Below are positions 1 through 8,377 of a stretch of DNA of 64,000 nucleotides, piece by piece. The DNA lies in contig REEA01000108.1 in NCBI GenBank assembly GCA_007695305.1, positions 1,030 through 65,029 on the forward strand, read 5' to 3'. The notes beneath the pieces were generated by a model. The model saw only the letters and a program-made list of their open reading frames with translations. It did no database searches and had not been told where the DNA came from. Position 1 is the first letter of the stretch; every line of letters begins with the position of its first letter. This DNA is from Bacteroidia bacterium (GTDB lineage Bacteria; Bacteroidota; Bacteroidia; Bacteroidales; UBA7960). Both the position numbers and the translations under genes were made by a program.

Positions 1-133
1 CCTCACCGTCGAAGAAAATGAACTGATTCTGGCATTTCTGGATGCCCTTACCGGTGAAATTCCCGCATATGCATTGGAGCTGCCTGTCTTGCCGCCTTCA
101 ACACCTCAAACGCCCCGACCGGTTTTTGATTGA
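1..133 (+). CDS. 3' end of a CDS entering the window; the tail resembles the C-terminus of di-haem cytochrome c peroxidase/MauG-family proteins
   Basis: The frame is open from position 2 to TGA at 131-133 (LTVEENELILAFLDALTGEIPAYALELPVLPPSTPQTPRPVFD*). The ExxLxAFLxxLTG tail is typical of bacterial cytochrome c peroxidases. Only 43 codons are visible. Confidence 0.3.
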   Translation, partial: LTVEENELILAFLDALTGEIPAYALELPVLPPSTPQTPRPVFD

Positions 134-316
134 GGTTCTGTGTTGATCAATTAAGATTGCAATTGGTGTGAAAACCGGCATTTTGCCGTATTGCCGGTCA
201 AACTTTTCTTTTGTCTATGTAGTTTTCAACGCAAGTGGGTGATCAAAGATGGTCAATCATGGTAGCTTTTGTTTAACTTTGTTAAGAACGAACAACCTTG
301 TGTGATTTAACACTAC

Positions 317-1057
317 ATGAAGAAAGACAGGAAAAAGGAGAGGGAGTCAGCGGTGCGACCTTTGCAGAAAATGTTTACAGCGGTGCCGCCGTCATATGAT
401 TTGATCAACAGGCTGATTACTTTTCGTTTTGATGAGCGTTGGCGAAATAAAGCAGCTGCTGTTATGCTGCAGGATAAACCCGGACAGGTTCTGGATCTTT
501 GCACCGGTTCGGGTGATCTTGCCATGCATTTGCATAAGAGAGCCACATCCGACACTGCCATTTACGCGCTTGATTACAGTGAGCCGATGCTGGAACTGGC
601 ACGGCAGAAGGCCGGGAAACGTGGTGCGCAAAGGATAAACTTCCTTTTAGAAGATGCTGCCGCTATGCCTTTTGAAAATGATTATTTTGATGTGATTGGT
701 ATAGCCTTTGCTTTTCGCAATCTTACTTTCAGGAATCCCGACAAGTGTCTTTTCCTAAACGAAATCCTAAGGATATTGAAGCCGGGTGGTAAATTTGTGA
801 TTGTGGAAACCAGTCAGCCTTCTAATATGCTTCTGCAGCGTTTGTTTCACTTTTACATGCGCTGGATTACCGTGCCTTTGGGCGGTATGTTGTCGGGGCA
901 ACGCCACGCCTACCATTACCTGGCCCATTCGGCCATTCACTTTTATTCACCTGCAGAGCTCATTGATATGATGAAAGATGCCGGTTTTGATCTGATGCTT
1001 CACCGGCCATACTTTGGAGGTATTTCTGCTATTTGGGCATTCAAAAAGCCTGTATAA
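317..1057 (+). CDS. menG: UbiE/MenG-family SAM-dependent (demethylmenaquinone) methyltransferase
   Basis: 246-aa ORF. It has an N-terminal YDLINRLITF..RWR segment, SAM motif I VLDLCTGSGDL, ALDYSEPML and LKPGGKFVIVE. Confidence 0.8.
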   Translation: MKKDRKKERESAVRPLQKMFTAVPPSYDLINRLITFRFDERWRNKAAAVMLQDKPGQVLDLCTGSGDLAMHLHKRATSDTAIYALDYSEPMLELARQKAGKRGAQRINFLLEDAAAMPFENDYFDVIGIAFAFRNLTFRNPDKCLFLNEILRILKPGGKFVIVETSQPSNMLLQRLFHFYMRWITVPLGGMLSGQRHAYHYLAHSAIHFYSPAELIDMMKDAGFDLMLHRPYFGGISAIWAFKKPV

Positions 1058-1122
1058 TTCCGCATTTTGGCAGGGCTGTTAGAATTGGGGAATCCGGTCT
1101 TGACCTTTTTCACCAGGGTGGA

Positions 1123-2112
1123 TTATTCATCAAAAATCACCTGCAACACGGTATTGCCGACTGCTTTCAGGGTATATTTGTCAATAACATCCATGTTGTC
1201 GCCCATAGTATGCCATTCCGGGAAAAAGCCGTGGCTTGTGCGGTTGTCCTGATGAATGATGTTAATGGTGGGAATATTACGTATGGTGTTCACATAATAA
1301 TGGTCATCGATAATTAAACCGCCGTCTCTGTTAAGAAACATGTGGCCGTAGCCGATGCGGTGAGCGGTTTCCCACACCCTTCTGACAATTCCCGGGGCAA
1401 ACATCATGGAATATCCTTCACGTTTGAAGGTGGCATCGGAAGCACCGACCATGTCGAGCAGGATGCCAAAACGTGCATCATAATTGATGATATGTGGATT
1501 TCTTGCCCAATACTGTGCCCCAAGTGCCCAGGAGTCATTGTCCGGGATGCTGGAGAAGCGATGCCGGCCGTAATCTTCAGCATCAAAAAAGACAATGTCG
1601 ATACCCACATTGGGTTTTTCTGTACTGATCTGGCGGGCAATTTCCAGCAGCACACCTACGCCGCTTGCTCCATCATTGGCACCGTCAATTGGTCGATAGT
1701 GGTTTGCGGGATCAGGATCGTAGTCGGCATAAGGCCGGCTATCCCAATGTGCACATAGCAATATCCTGCGCCGCTTCTCAGGTTGAAACACTCCGATGAT
1801 GTTTTTGATATTCAGTATGGTGCCGTCATAGGCCCTTACCCTGGTCTCCTGCAGGTACAGGGTGTCAGCGAACCTTTGCATGGTATTTGCCAGCCATTTG
1901 CCAGCTTCACGGTGCGATTCGGTGTTTGGCACCCTGGGGCCAAATCCCACTTGTCGTTCCACAAAATAATAGGCCGAATCAGCATCAAATGAGGGTGGCT
2001 CAAGACGATTATTCCCCGGTTCCGGTGCACGTTCTTGTGAATTGTTCCCTACACGCCCCTGGCATGCAAAAACGAAAAAAAGAGAAAAAATGGCAATAAT
2101 GAAGCGTTGCAT
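1123..2112 (-). CDS. M28-family zinc peptidase / glutaminyl-peptide cyclotransferase-like lipoprotein
   Basis: 329-aa ORF with a lipoprotein-type signal (FSLFFVFAC). M28/QC core motifs are CAHWDSRPYAD, DGANDGASGVGVLLEIAR and FFDAEDYG. Confidence 0.8.
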   Translation of the reverse strand: MQRFIIAIFSLFFVFACQGRVGNNSQERAPEPGNNRLEPPSFDADSAYYFVERQVGFGPRVPNTESHREAGKWLANTMQRFADTLYLQETRVRAYDGTILNIKNIIGVFQPEKRRRILLCAHWDSRPYADYDPDPANHYRPIDGANDGASGVGVLLEIARQISTEKPNVGIDIVFFDAEDYGRHRFSSIPDNDSWALGAQYWARNPHIINYDARFGILLDMVGASDATFKREGYSMMFAPGIVRRVWETAHRIGYGHMFLNRDGGLIIDDHYYVNTIRNIPTINIIHQDNRTSHGFFPEWHTMGDNMDVIDKYTLKAVGNTVLQVIFDE

Positions 2113-2126
2113 GTGCTTTTTTTTTG

Positions 2127-2134
2127 CAAATATA
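2127..2134 (-). promoter_or_regulatory. candidate Bacteroidota -7 promoter box (TATATTTG) for the M28 gene
   Basis: The reverse complement of caaatata is TATATTTG, which matches TAnnTTTG. It lies 14 nt upstream of the ATG at 2112. Confidence 0.35.
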
Positions 2135-2228
2135 CAAATAAGTTGTCCGACAGTTTTTTTGGCATCAGCGATAACAAGTGAGCCGGGTGTCTGGTTGACA
2201 AAAATGTGGGATTCTGTTTAAAAAAAGC

Positions 2229-2236
2229 TATCTTTG
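2229..2236 (+). promoter_or_regulatory. candidate -7 promoter box (TATCTTTG) for the PAS-LuxR gene
   Basis: TAnnTTTG match 31 nt upstream of the ATG at 2268. Confidence 0.4.
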
Positions 2237-2267
2237 TCAAGAAAAACCTTCCAAAGCTAAATGGTAA

Positions 2268-2963
2268 ATGGCAAACACCGGCAACGAAAAATCGGAAAGT
2301 CGTCTCTTGCGTAAATACCTTGAACTGCAAAATGAATTTGGTATTTACGAGAAGATTATCAACAGTTTGGACGCCATAATTCTTATTCTTGACTTCAATA
2401 AATCAAACATCATTTATGCCAATAGCCGGTATGAAAAAGTAACGGGTTACCCTGCTACCATGCAAGCTGATTTTGATACAAACGAACTCATATCCCTATA
2501 CCATCCGGAAGACCAATGCTATCTCGATGAAGCGGTTGAGTATTTGCTTGGCAATCCTGAAGGTACTTTCACTGCTTTTTACAGATTTCGTCATGCCAAA
2601 GGCCATTATTTGTGGTTGTTTTCTTCAAGCCAGGTGTTTCGTTTGTTACCGGAGGAGGATATATTTGAGATCATCACCGTTAGTCTTGATTTTACGCGCC
2701 CTGTTAAATATGAGAAGAGCATGAAGAACTTTGTCAAGGACCGCTTGAGGGGTTTGAACAGTGCTGAGGTATCAAAGATCAGTAAAAGAGAGTTGGAGGT
2801 GTTGAAGTTGTTTGTCGCCGGATTTACCACCAGGGCCGTAGCAGCTAAACTGAACATCAGCCATCATACAGTAAATAATCACAGGAAAAACATGTTAAAA
2901 AAACTTGGTTTAAAAAATCTTGCGGCCCTTGTTAATTTTGCTGTAGAGAGTGGAATAGATTGA
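2268..2963 (+). CDS. LuxR-family transcriptional regulator with an N-terminal PAS-like sensor domain
   Basis: 231-aa ORF. The C-terminal LuxR/GerE HTH reads SKRELEVLKLFVAGFTTRAVAAKLNISHHTVNNHRKNMLKKLGLKN. The N-terminal ~140 aa are PAS-like (YANSRYEKVTGY..., HPEDQ). There is no receiver domain. Confidence 0.8.
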   Translation: MANTGNEKSESRLLRKYLELQNEFGIYEKIINSLDAIILILDFNKSNIIYANSRYEKVTGYPATMQADFDTNELISLYHPEDQCYLDEAVEYLLGNPEGTFTAFYRFRHAKGHYLWLFSSSQVFRLLPEEDIFEIITVSLDFTRPVKYEKSMKNFVKDRLRGLNSAEVSKISKRELEVLKLFVAGFTTRAVAAKLNISHHTVNNHRKNMLKKLGLKNLAALVNFAVESGID

Positions 2964-3038
2964 CAAGGATGGATCAACCTTGTATAAACAATTGTTGTTG
3001 GCCTGCCTTTATAACCGCTCACGAATCAAAAAAAACCG

Positions 3039-3046
3039 TATATTTG
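3039..3046 (+). promoter_or_regulatory. candidate -7 promoter box (TATATTTG) driving the mgtE leader
   Basis: Exact TAnnTTTG match just upstream of the M-box aptamer. Confidence 0.5.
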
Positions 3047-3075
3047 CAATTGAATTTTCAGCATTGTTTCACAAC

Positions 3076-3243
3076 AGTGGTGTTGCCTGTTAGGTGAGGC
3101 TACTGGATGAACACAGGCTACTGCCCAAAAATGTCTACAGACGCCAATGGGTAGAACAGGCTTTGTCGGATTAAGGCACTGCTTAAGGTAGCTTCCCTGA
3201 ATGGGATAAGTCATCCAGAGCTAAAACTCAACAAGGGGCAGAA
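3076..3243 (+). promoter_or_regulatory. M-box (ykoK-leader) Mg2+ riboswitch aptamer
   Basis: It contains the conserved M-box core strings GTTAGGTGAGGCT, CTGCCCAAAAATGTCTACAGACGCCAATGGGT and GAGCTAAAACTC. Their order and spacing match the B. subtilis mgtE/ykoK leader as I recall it. It lies directly upstream of mgtE. Confidence 0.85.
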
Positions 3244-3290
3244 TGACATTGTTCACACCGGGTTGGTGTGAGCACTTTCACTACAAAGCC

Positions 3291-3322
3291 CCCTTCCAAA
3301 AATTCTCAGGAAGGGTTTTTTT
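3291..3322 (+). terminator. intrinsic terminator (expression platform of the M-box)
   Basis: Perfect 7-bp stem CCCTTCC/GGAAGGG (3291-3297 / 3309-3315) followed by T7 (3316-3322). It ends 66 nt before the mgtE ATG. A second 6-bp hairpin, CACACC-GGTT-GGTGTG, sits at 3255-3270. Confidence 0.8.
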
Positions 3323-3388
3323 GTAGACAAATCTCCCCGTACCAGATTTAATACAGGCAGTCTCACAGGCATCAGAAAGGAGGGATTC

Positions 3389-4774
3389 ATGATTACAGTG
3401 GATACCGATCAAAGAAACATGGTCATAGAAGGACTGATTGCTGCCCGGGAGTGGGAGGCATTGGTCACCATATTGAAAAAAATGCCCGTTGTGGAGGTCG
3501 TGGAGATTTTGGGGGAACTAAAAGATTCCGATCTTATTGATGTATTGGGTTATTTTTCCGAGGAGGAGCAAGGCTACATTGTATCGGATTTTGATCTTGA
3601 GCTGCAGTTGGAGCTGTTTGAGAAACTGGGGCCAAAGGGATTTGCAAAAATATTTGTCCAGATGGCCTCGGATTTGCGTGTTGACCTTTACCAGGAGTTG
3701 GACAGGGAGGATCAGTTAAAGTTGTTGCCCTATCTGGATAAAAAAACCAGGGAAAATGTGATCCGTTTGAGTTCTTATGACCCTGAAACAGCAGGTGGGA
3801 TCATGAGTACCGATTTTGCTACCATTATCGGTGATATGACCGCTGCACAGGCCATTGAAAAGGTGCGCAGCGATGCCCCTTCAAAAAAGATGATCTACTA
3901 TGTATATGTGGTTGACAGGGACATGAAGCTGCATGGATTTACAACCCTGAAAGACCTGATCATGGCTGAGCCCGACACTTCCATCTGGGAAATTGTGTAC
4001 AAAGATTTCGCGAAAGCTGAAGTAGATGAGGACCGTGAGTCGGTTGCGGCCAAAATTGAAAAGTACGACCTGGTCGCCATTCCTGTCATTAATAAATATG
4101 GTCAGCTTGCAGGGATTGTCAGGCATGATGAAGCCATGGAAGTCATTCAGGCTGAGCAAACGGAAGACATGGAGAAGTTCATGGGTATTGTTCCTGCAGA
4201 GGAAGGCCTGGATTATCCTGAAACAACCGTAATATCTCATTTTCGGAAACGGATTACATGGGTGGCATCTTTGGCCATCATCGGTGTGATTTCGGGAATG
4301 ATCATCCATAGTTTTGAAGAGGCCTTGTCGGTATTGATCATTTTGGCTCTCTATATGCCCATGGTGGCCGATTCAGGCGGAAATGTGGGTTCACAGGCGG
4401 CAACAGTTGTCATCCGTGCCATGGCACTGGGTCAAATATCACTGAAAAACTGGTTGATGATTTTGTTGAAGGAGGCCCGGATCGCTATTTTGCTATCTTT
4501 TGTTTTAGGTATCATTGCTTTTGGCAAGGTGCTTTTCCTTTCATGGGGGATGGATGTTCCGGATCAACATAATCTGTACTTTTTGGCCTTTGGGATTGCC
4601 CTGGCACTCAGCCTCCAGGTTGTCACCTCCACCTTGATTGGCGCCTCGCTGCCATTGCTTGTCAAAAGGCTGGGTGGTGACCCCGCCGTGGCAGCCAGCC
4701 CGGCCATCACCACACTGGTTGACATCACGGGATTGCTCATCTATTTTGGCGTGGCAACCCTGATGTTTTTCTGA
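3389..4774 (+). CDS. mgtE: magnesium transporter MgtE
   Basis: 461-aa ORF with an MgtE N-domain, tandem CBS region and a C-terminal TM domain carrying PMVADSGGNVGSQAA. Confidence 0.95.
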   Translation: MITVDTDQRNMVIEGLIAAREWEALVTILKKMPVVEVVEILGELKDSDLIDVLGYFSEEEQGYIVSDFDLELQLELFEKLGPKGFAKIFVQMASDLRVDLYQELDREDQLKLLPYLDKKTRENVIRLSSYDPETAGGIMSTDFATIIGDMTAAQAIEKVRSDAPSKKMIYYVYVVDRDMKLHGFTTLKDLIMAEPDTSIWEIVYKDFAKAEVDEDRESVAAKIEKYDLVAIPVINKYGQLAGIVRHDEAMEVIQAEQTEDMEKFMGIVPAEEGLDYPETTVISHFRKRITWVASLAIIGVISGMIIHSFEEALSVLIILALYMPMVADSGGNVGSQAATVVIRAMALGQISLKNWLMILLKEARIAILLSFVLGIIAFGKVLFLSWGMDVPDQHNLYFLAFGIALALSLQVVTSTLIGASLPLLVKRLGGDPAVAASPAITTLVDITGLLIYFGVATLMFF

Positions 4775-4814
4775 AACCAAATTTATCAGAAAGTTCTCTT
4801 AAAGGCAAAATCAC

Positions 4815-4822
4815 TAACTTTG
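4815..4822 (+). promoter_or_regulatory. candidate -7 promoter box (TAACTTTG) for argS
   Basis: TAnnTTTG match 20 nt upstream of the ATG at 4842. Confidence 0.4.
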
Positions 4823-4841
4823 CCCGTCAATTTCTGTGATC

Positions 4842-6686
4842 ATGTTAAATATTGAAGAGCTTATTGCCGCTTCCGTGGCAAACATTGTGAAAGAATTATC
4901 GGGTAATGAAGTAAAACCGGATAGCATACTTATTCAGAAAACCCGCAAAGAATTCGAGGGCGACTTTACTTTGGTCGTGTTTCCTTTTGTCAGGTTTTTG
5001 CGTCAAAGTCCCGACCAGGCTGCTGATACGATAGGGAAGTCTCTGCTGCAGGAGTTAGATCTGGTAGAGAAATACCAGGTTGTCAAAGGGTTTTTGAATC
5101 TCACCCTCACCAAAGCTTTCTGGCAGTCTTTTCTTTTGCAATCACTTGATAATGAACAATTCGGCTACCGCAATGCCAGAAGTGGTATTGGTGCTTGGCC
5201 GGGAGAGGGAATTGAGGCTGAAGAGGCGGATGATCGTCCACTGGTGGTAGAGTTTTCTTCTCCCAACACCAATAAACCTTTGCATTTGGGGCATATTCGC
5301 AATAACTTGCTGGGATACTCCGTCTCTTTGCTACAGGAAGCCGCCGGCAAAAAGGTGGTTAAGGTCAACCTGGTGAATGACCGGGGCATCCACATTTGCA
5401 AATCGATGCTTGCCTGGATGATGACCGGTGATGGTGAGACTCCTGAAACCTCCGGGAAAAAAGGCGACAAGCTGGTGGGTGAGTATTATGTTCGTTTCGA
5501 AAAGATGCTCCGTGAGGAAGCCGATGCTTTGGCCAGGGAAAAAGGATTATCCGATGATGAGGCCAGGAATGAGGCTCCATTAATGAAGCAAGCCCGCGAA
5601 CTTCTGCGTAAATGGGAAGAGCATGATCCTGAAGTTGTTTCGGTGTGGGAAAAAATGAACAGATGGGTGTATGATGGCTTTGACAGAACATATGCTCGCA
5701 TGGGTATTGACTTTGACAAAATCTATTATGAATCTGACACCTATCTGCTTGGAAGGAAGATAGTGCTGGAAGGCCTGAAGCAAGGATTGCTTTACCGGAG
5801 AGAGGACGGTTCGGTATGGGCTGACCTGGCTGATCACAATATGGATGCGAAATTGTTGCTGCGTGCTGATGGCACTTCGGTATATATGACGCAGGACATT
5901 GGAACGGCTCAATTGAGGTATGATGACTACCGGCCCGGAAAGATGATTTATGTGGTTGGAAATGAGCAAAATCATCATTTCAGTGTGTTGAAAAAAGTGT
6001 TGGCCTTGCTTGGGAAACCATATGCTGATGCCATTCATCATCTCAGTTACGGGATGGTGGAGTTGCCGGCCGGCCGGATGAAATCCAGGGAAGGCACGGT
6101 TGTGGATGCCGATGATTTGATGGATGAAATGTTTGCAACGGCAGGTAAGATGACGGAAGAGCTGGGAAAAACGCAGGATTTCTCCGATGAAGAAAAGGCC
6201 GCTCTTTACCAAACCATCGGCCTTGGTGCACTCAAATACTTCATTCTGAAAGTTGACCCGAAGAAAAATATGCTGTTTAATCCGGAAGAATCCATTGATT
6301 TTAACGGCAATACCGGTCCATTTATTCAATATACCTACGCACGGATCCGTTCGGTGTTGCGCAAAGCAGGAGAGGCAAGGTTCCAGGCAGCAAAAAAAGG
6401 GTTTGCCGGCGCACCGGTGAACGAAAAAGAGAAACAATTGTTAAAGGCACTTCATGACTTTCCGGCCACGGTCCTTGAGGCTGCTGAAGAAATGAGTCCT
6501 GCAAGGATTGCCAATTACGCCTATGAGCTTGCCCGTGCCTACAACCAGTTTTATCACGACCATTCTGTGCTGAATGAGCCGGATGAGGCCGTGAGCAATT
6601 TTCGGTTGTGTTTGTCCCATCTTACGGCGCAAACCATTCACAATGCCATGGCACTGCTGGGTATTCATGTTCCTGAGCGTATGTAA
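4842..6686 (+). CDS. argS: arginine--tRNA ligase
   Basis: The ORF track starts at GTG 4836. The first ATG is at 4842 (MLNIEELIA...). The class I HIGH motif is PLHLGHIRN, and the KMSKS-equivalent is GRMKSREG. The C-terminal anticodon-binding DALR region reads YAYELARAYNQFY. Confidence 0.95.
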   Translation: MLNIEELIAASVANIVKELSGNEVKPDSILIQKTRKEFEGDFTLVVFPFVRFLRQSPDQAADTIGKSLLQELDLVEKYQVVKGFLNLTLTKAFWQSFLLQSLDNEQFGYRNARSGIGAWPGEGIEAEEADDRPLVVEFSSPNTNKPLHLGHIRNNLLGYSVSLLQEAAGKKVVKVNLVNDRGIHICKSMLAWMMTGDGETPETSGKKGDKLVGEYYVRFEKMLREEADALAREKGLSDDEARNEAPLMKQARELLRKWEEHDPEVVSVWEKMNRWVYDGFDRTYARMGIDFDKIYYESDTYLLGRKIVLEGLKQGLLYRREDGSVWADLADHNMDAKLLLRADGTSVYMTQDIGTAQLRYDDYRPGKMIYVVGNEQNHHFSVLKKVLALLGKPYADAIHHLSYGMVELPAGRMKSREGTVVDADDLMDEMFATAGKMTEELGKTQDFSDEEKAALYQTIGLGALKYFILKVDPKKNMLFNPEESIDFNGNTGPFIQYTYARIRSVLRKAGEARFQAAKKGFAGAPVNEKEKQLLKALHDFPATVLEAAEEMSPARIANYAYELARAYNQFYHDHSVLNEPDEAVSNFRLCLSHLTAQTIHNAMALLGIHVPERM

Positions 6687-6765
6687 CTGGTAAACCTTTG
6701 GGGGAAGGCAGTCCCCAACCCCCATTATAAGGTTACAGTGAACATTAAAGAGATTTTCCCATCAG

Positions 6766-6789
6766 CACATTTTCACATCTTCACATTTA
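6766..6789. repeat. three tandem 8-mers CACATYTT (reverse complement AARATGTG)
   Basis: The sequence is cacatttt cacatctt cacattta. The last copy overlaps the abgT stop codon. Confidence 0.5.
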
Positions 6790-8328
6790 ATTGATATAAA
6801 TCGGTCCGTCGGGTCCGAGGGGAATTCCCAGCCATACCCATAGCATCAGCGTGGCTATCCAAACAATCGCGAGTACCACGGTATAAGGTAACATGGTAGA
6901 GATGATGGTTCCTATCCCGTATTTTTCATCATATTTTTGTGCGAATGTAACGATAAGTGCAAAGTAGCTCATCATGGGTGTTACCAGGTTGGTGAGGCTG
7001 TCGCCTATGCGGAAGGCAGCCTGGGTGATACCGGGGTGGTAAGCATTGTCGAGGAGCATCAGCATGGGGATGAAAACCGGTGCAATGATGGCCCACTTTG
7101 CTGAGGCACTGCCCATGAAAAGGTTAATGAAAGCCGACAGCAGCACAAATGATGCGATGAGAACGGGTCCGGTAAAACCGATGTCGCGCAATGTTGCCGC
7201 TCCCTTTATGGCAATAATCAGCCCCAGGTTTGATTCATTAAAGAAATATACGAACTGGGCGGCGAAAAAAACCAGTACTATATATGAACCCATACCGCTC
7301 ATGGATTTGATGATGTGCTTCATCATATCTTTGTCATTGCGTATGGTTCCTACAATGCGGCCATATACCAGTGCGGGGATGAAGAAAAAAAGGAGGATGC
7401 CGATAATGATTCCGTCGAAGAATGGGGAATGGAGTACCGAACCTGTTTCGGGGTTACGCAGCAATCCGTTGGCCGGCACTACGGTGAATGCCATGAGAAT
7501 AATAAAGAGGATGGCTGAAATACCTGCCCAGCGCAAGCCTTTCTTTTCTGTCGGGGTCAGTTGTTCGATGGCGAAGCGTTCGGCAGGGCCTTCATATTTA
7601 CCCAGCCTTGGCTCTACAACCCTTTCTGTTACCCATATCCCCACAAATAGCACAACGAAACTGGATATGATCATGAAGTAGTAATTTACCGCCGGGTTGA
7701 TCACCATGTCGGGAATGATCAGTTGAGCTGCAGATGTTGAGATTCCGGCCAATATTGGGTCGATGGACCCGATGAAGAAGTTGGCGCCAAAGCCACCGCT
7801 CACGCCGCAGAAGGCGGCTGCCAGTCCGGCCATGGGGTGTCGTCCGATACCGTGAAAGATCATAGCGCCCAATGGTATCAGGATCACGTAGCCGGCTTCA
7901 ACGGCCAGGCCTGATATGATACCTGCCAGCACCACTGCCCCTGTGATCAGTTTAGGCGGTGCCCCCAGTACAAGGGCCCGGATCATGATGGCGAACAGGC
8001 CGGTGCCTTCAGCCAGTCCGATACCTACCATGACTACCAGCACATAACCAAGGGGCGGAAACCTCAGGAAGTTGTCCAGTATATTGGTATACATCCAGCG
8101 CAGGCCGTCGGCACTGAGCAGATTATTCACGGTAACTATGCTTCCATCTACAGGATGTATGGCCGAAACGCCCAAAAAGTAGGAGATGGTGGATATCAGC
8201 ACCACAATGCCGGCCAGCATGGCAAAGATGGTGGCAGGGTGGGGAAGGCGATTACCTACTATTTCAATATAGTCGAGCGATTTGCCGAAAATCTTTTTGG
8301 AAAGCTTCTTGAGTTTAGATGCTGCCAT
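6787..8328 (-). CDS. AbgT-family (p-aminobenzoyl-glutamate/MtrF-type) transporter
   Basis: 513-aa polytopic membrane ORF. The N-terminus (LDYIEIVGNRLPHPATIFAMLA) and overall length are typical of the AbgT family. Confidence 0.8.
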   Translation of the reverse strand: MAASKLKKLSKKIFGKSLDYIEIVGNRLPHPATIFAMLAGIVVLISTISYFLGVSAIHPVDGSIVTVNNLLSADGLRWMYTNILDNFLRFPPLGYVLVVMVGIGLAEGTGLFAIMIRALVLGAPPKLITGAVVLAGIISGLAVEAGYVILIPLGAMIFHGIGRHPMAGLAAAFCGVSGGFGANFFIGSIDPILAGISTSAAQLIIPDMVINPAVNYYFMIISSFVVLFVGIWVTERVVEPRLGKYEGPAERFAIEQLTPTEKKGLRWAGISAILFIILMAFTVVPANGLLRNPETGSVLHSPFFDGIIIGILLFFFIPALVYGRIVGTIRNDKDMMKHIIKSMSGMGSYIVLVFFAAQFVYFFNESNLGLIIAIKGAATLRDIGFTGPVLIASFVLLSAFINLFMGSASAKWAIIAPVFIPMLMLLDNAYHPGITQAAFRIGDSLTNLVTPMMSYFALIVTFAQKYDEKYGIGTIISTMLPYTVVLAIVWIATLMLWVWLGIPLGPDGPIYIN

Positions 8329-8377
8329 TCGTAATGTTTTTTATGGATGAAATAAGATAATTCAGTTTCACCGGGGT

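Noticed and set aside
5580-6437. Long antisense ORFs opposite well-supported genes. Examples are the 285 aa opposite argS here, 7046-7681 opposite abgT, 9716-10360 opposite the S9 peptidase, 16871-17434 opposite ftsZ, 28239-28799 opposite ftsI and 40473-41033 opposite kdsB.
   Set aside because: Their translations are low-complexity or Cys/His/Arg-rich with no recognisable motifs, and they lie entirely inside genes with strong family signatures. They are typical shadow ORFs.
6766-6789. CACATTTT-CACATCTT-CACATTTA as a third member of the AAATGTCR repeat family.
   Set aside because: There are only three imperfect copies. The core differs (reverse complement AARATGTG against AAATGTC), and the last copy overlaps the abgT stop codon. 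A relationship is possible but not demonstrable by eye, so it is listed as a plain repeat feature only.
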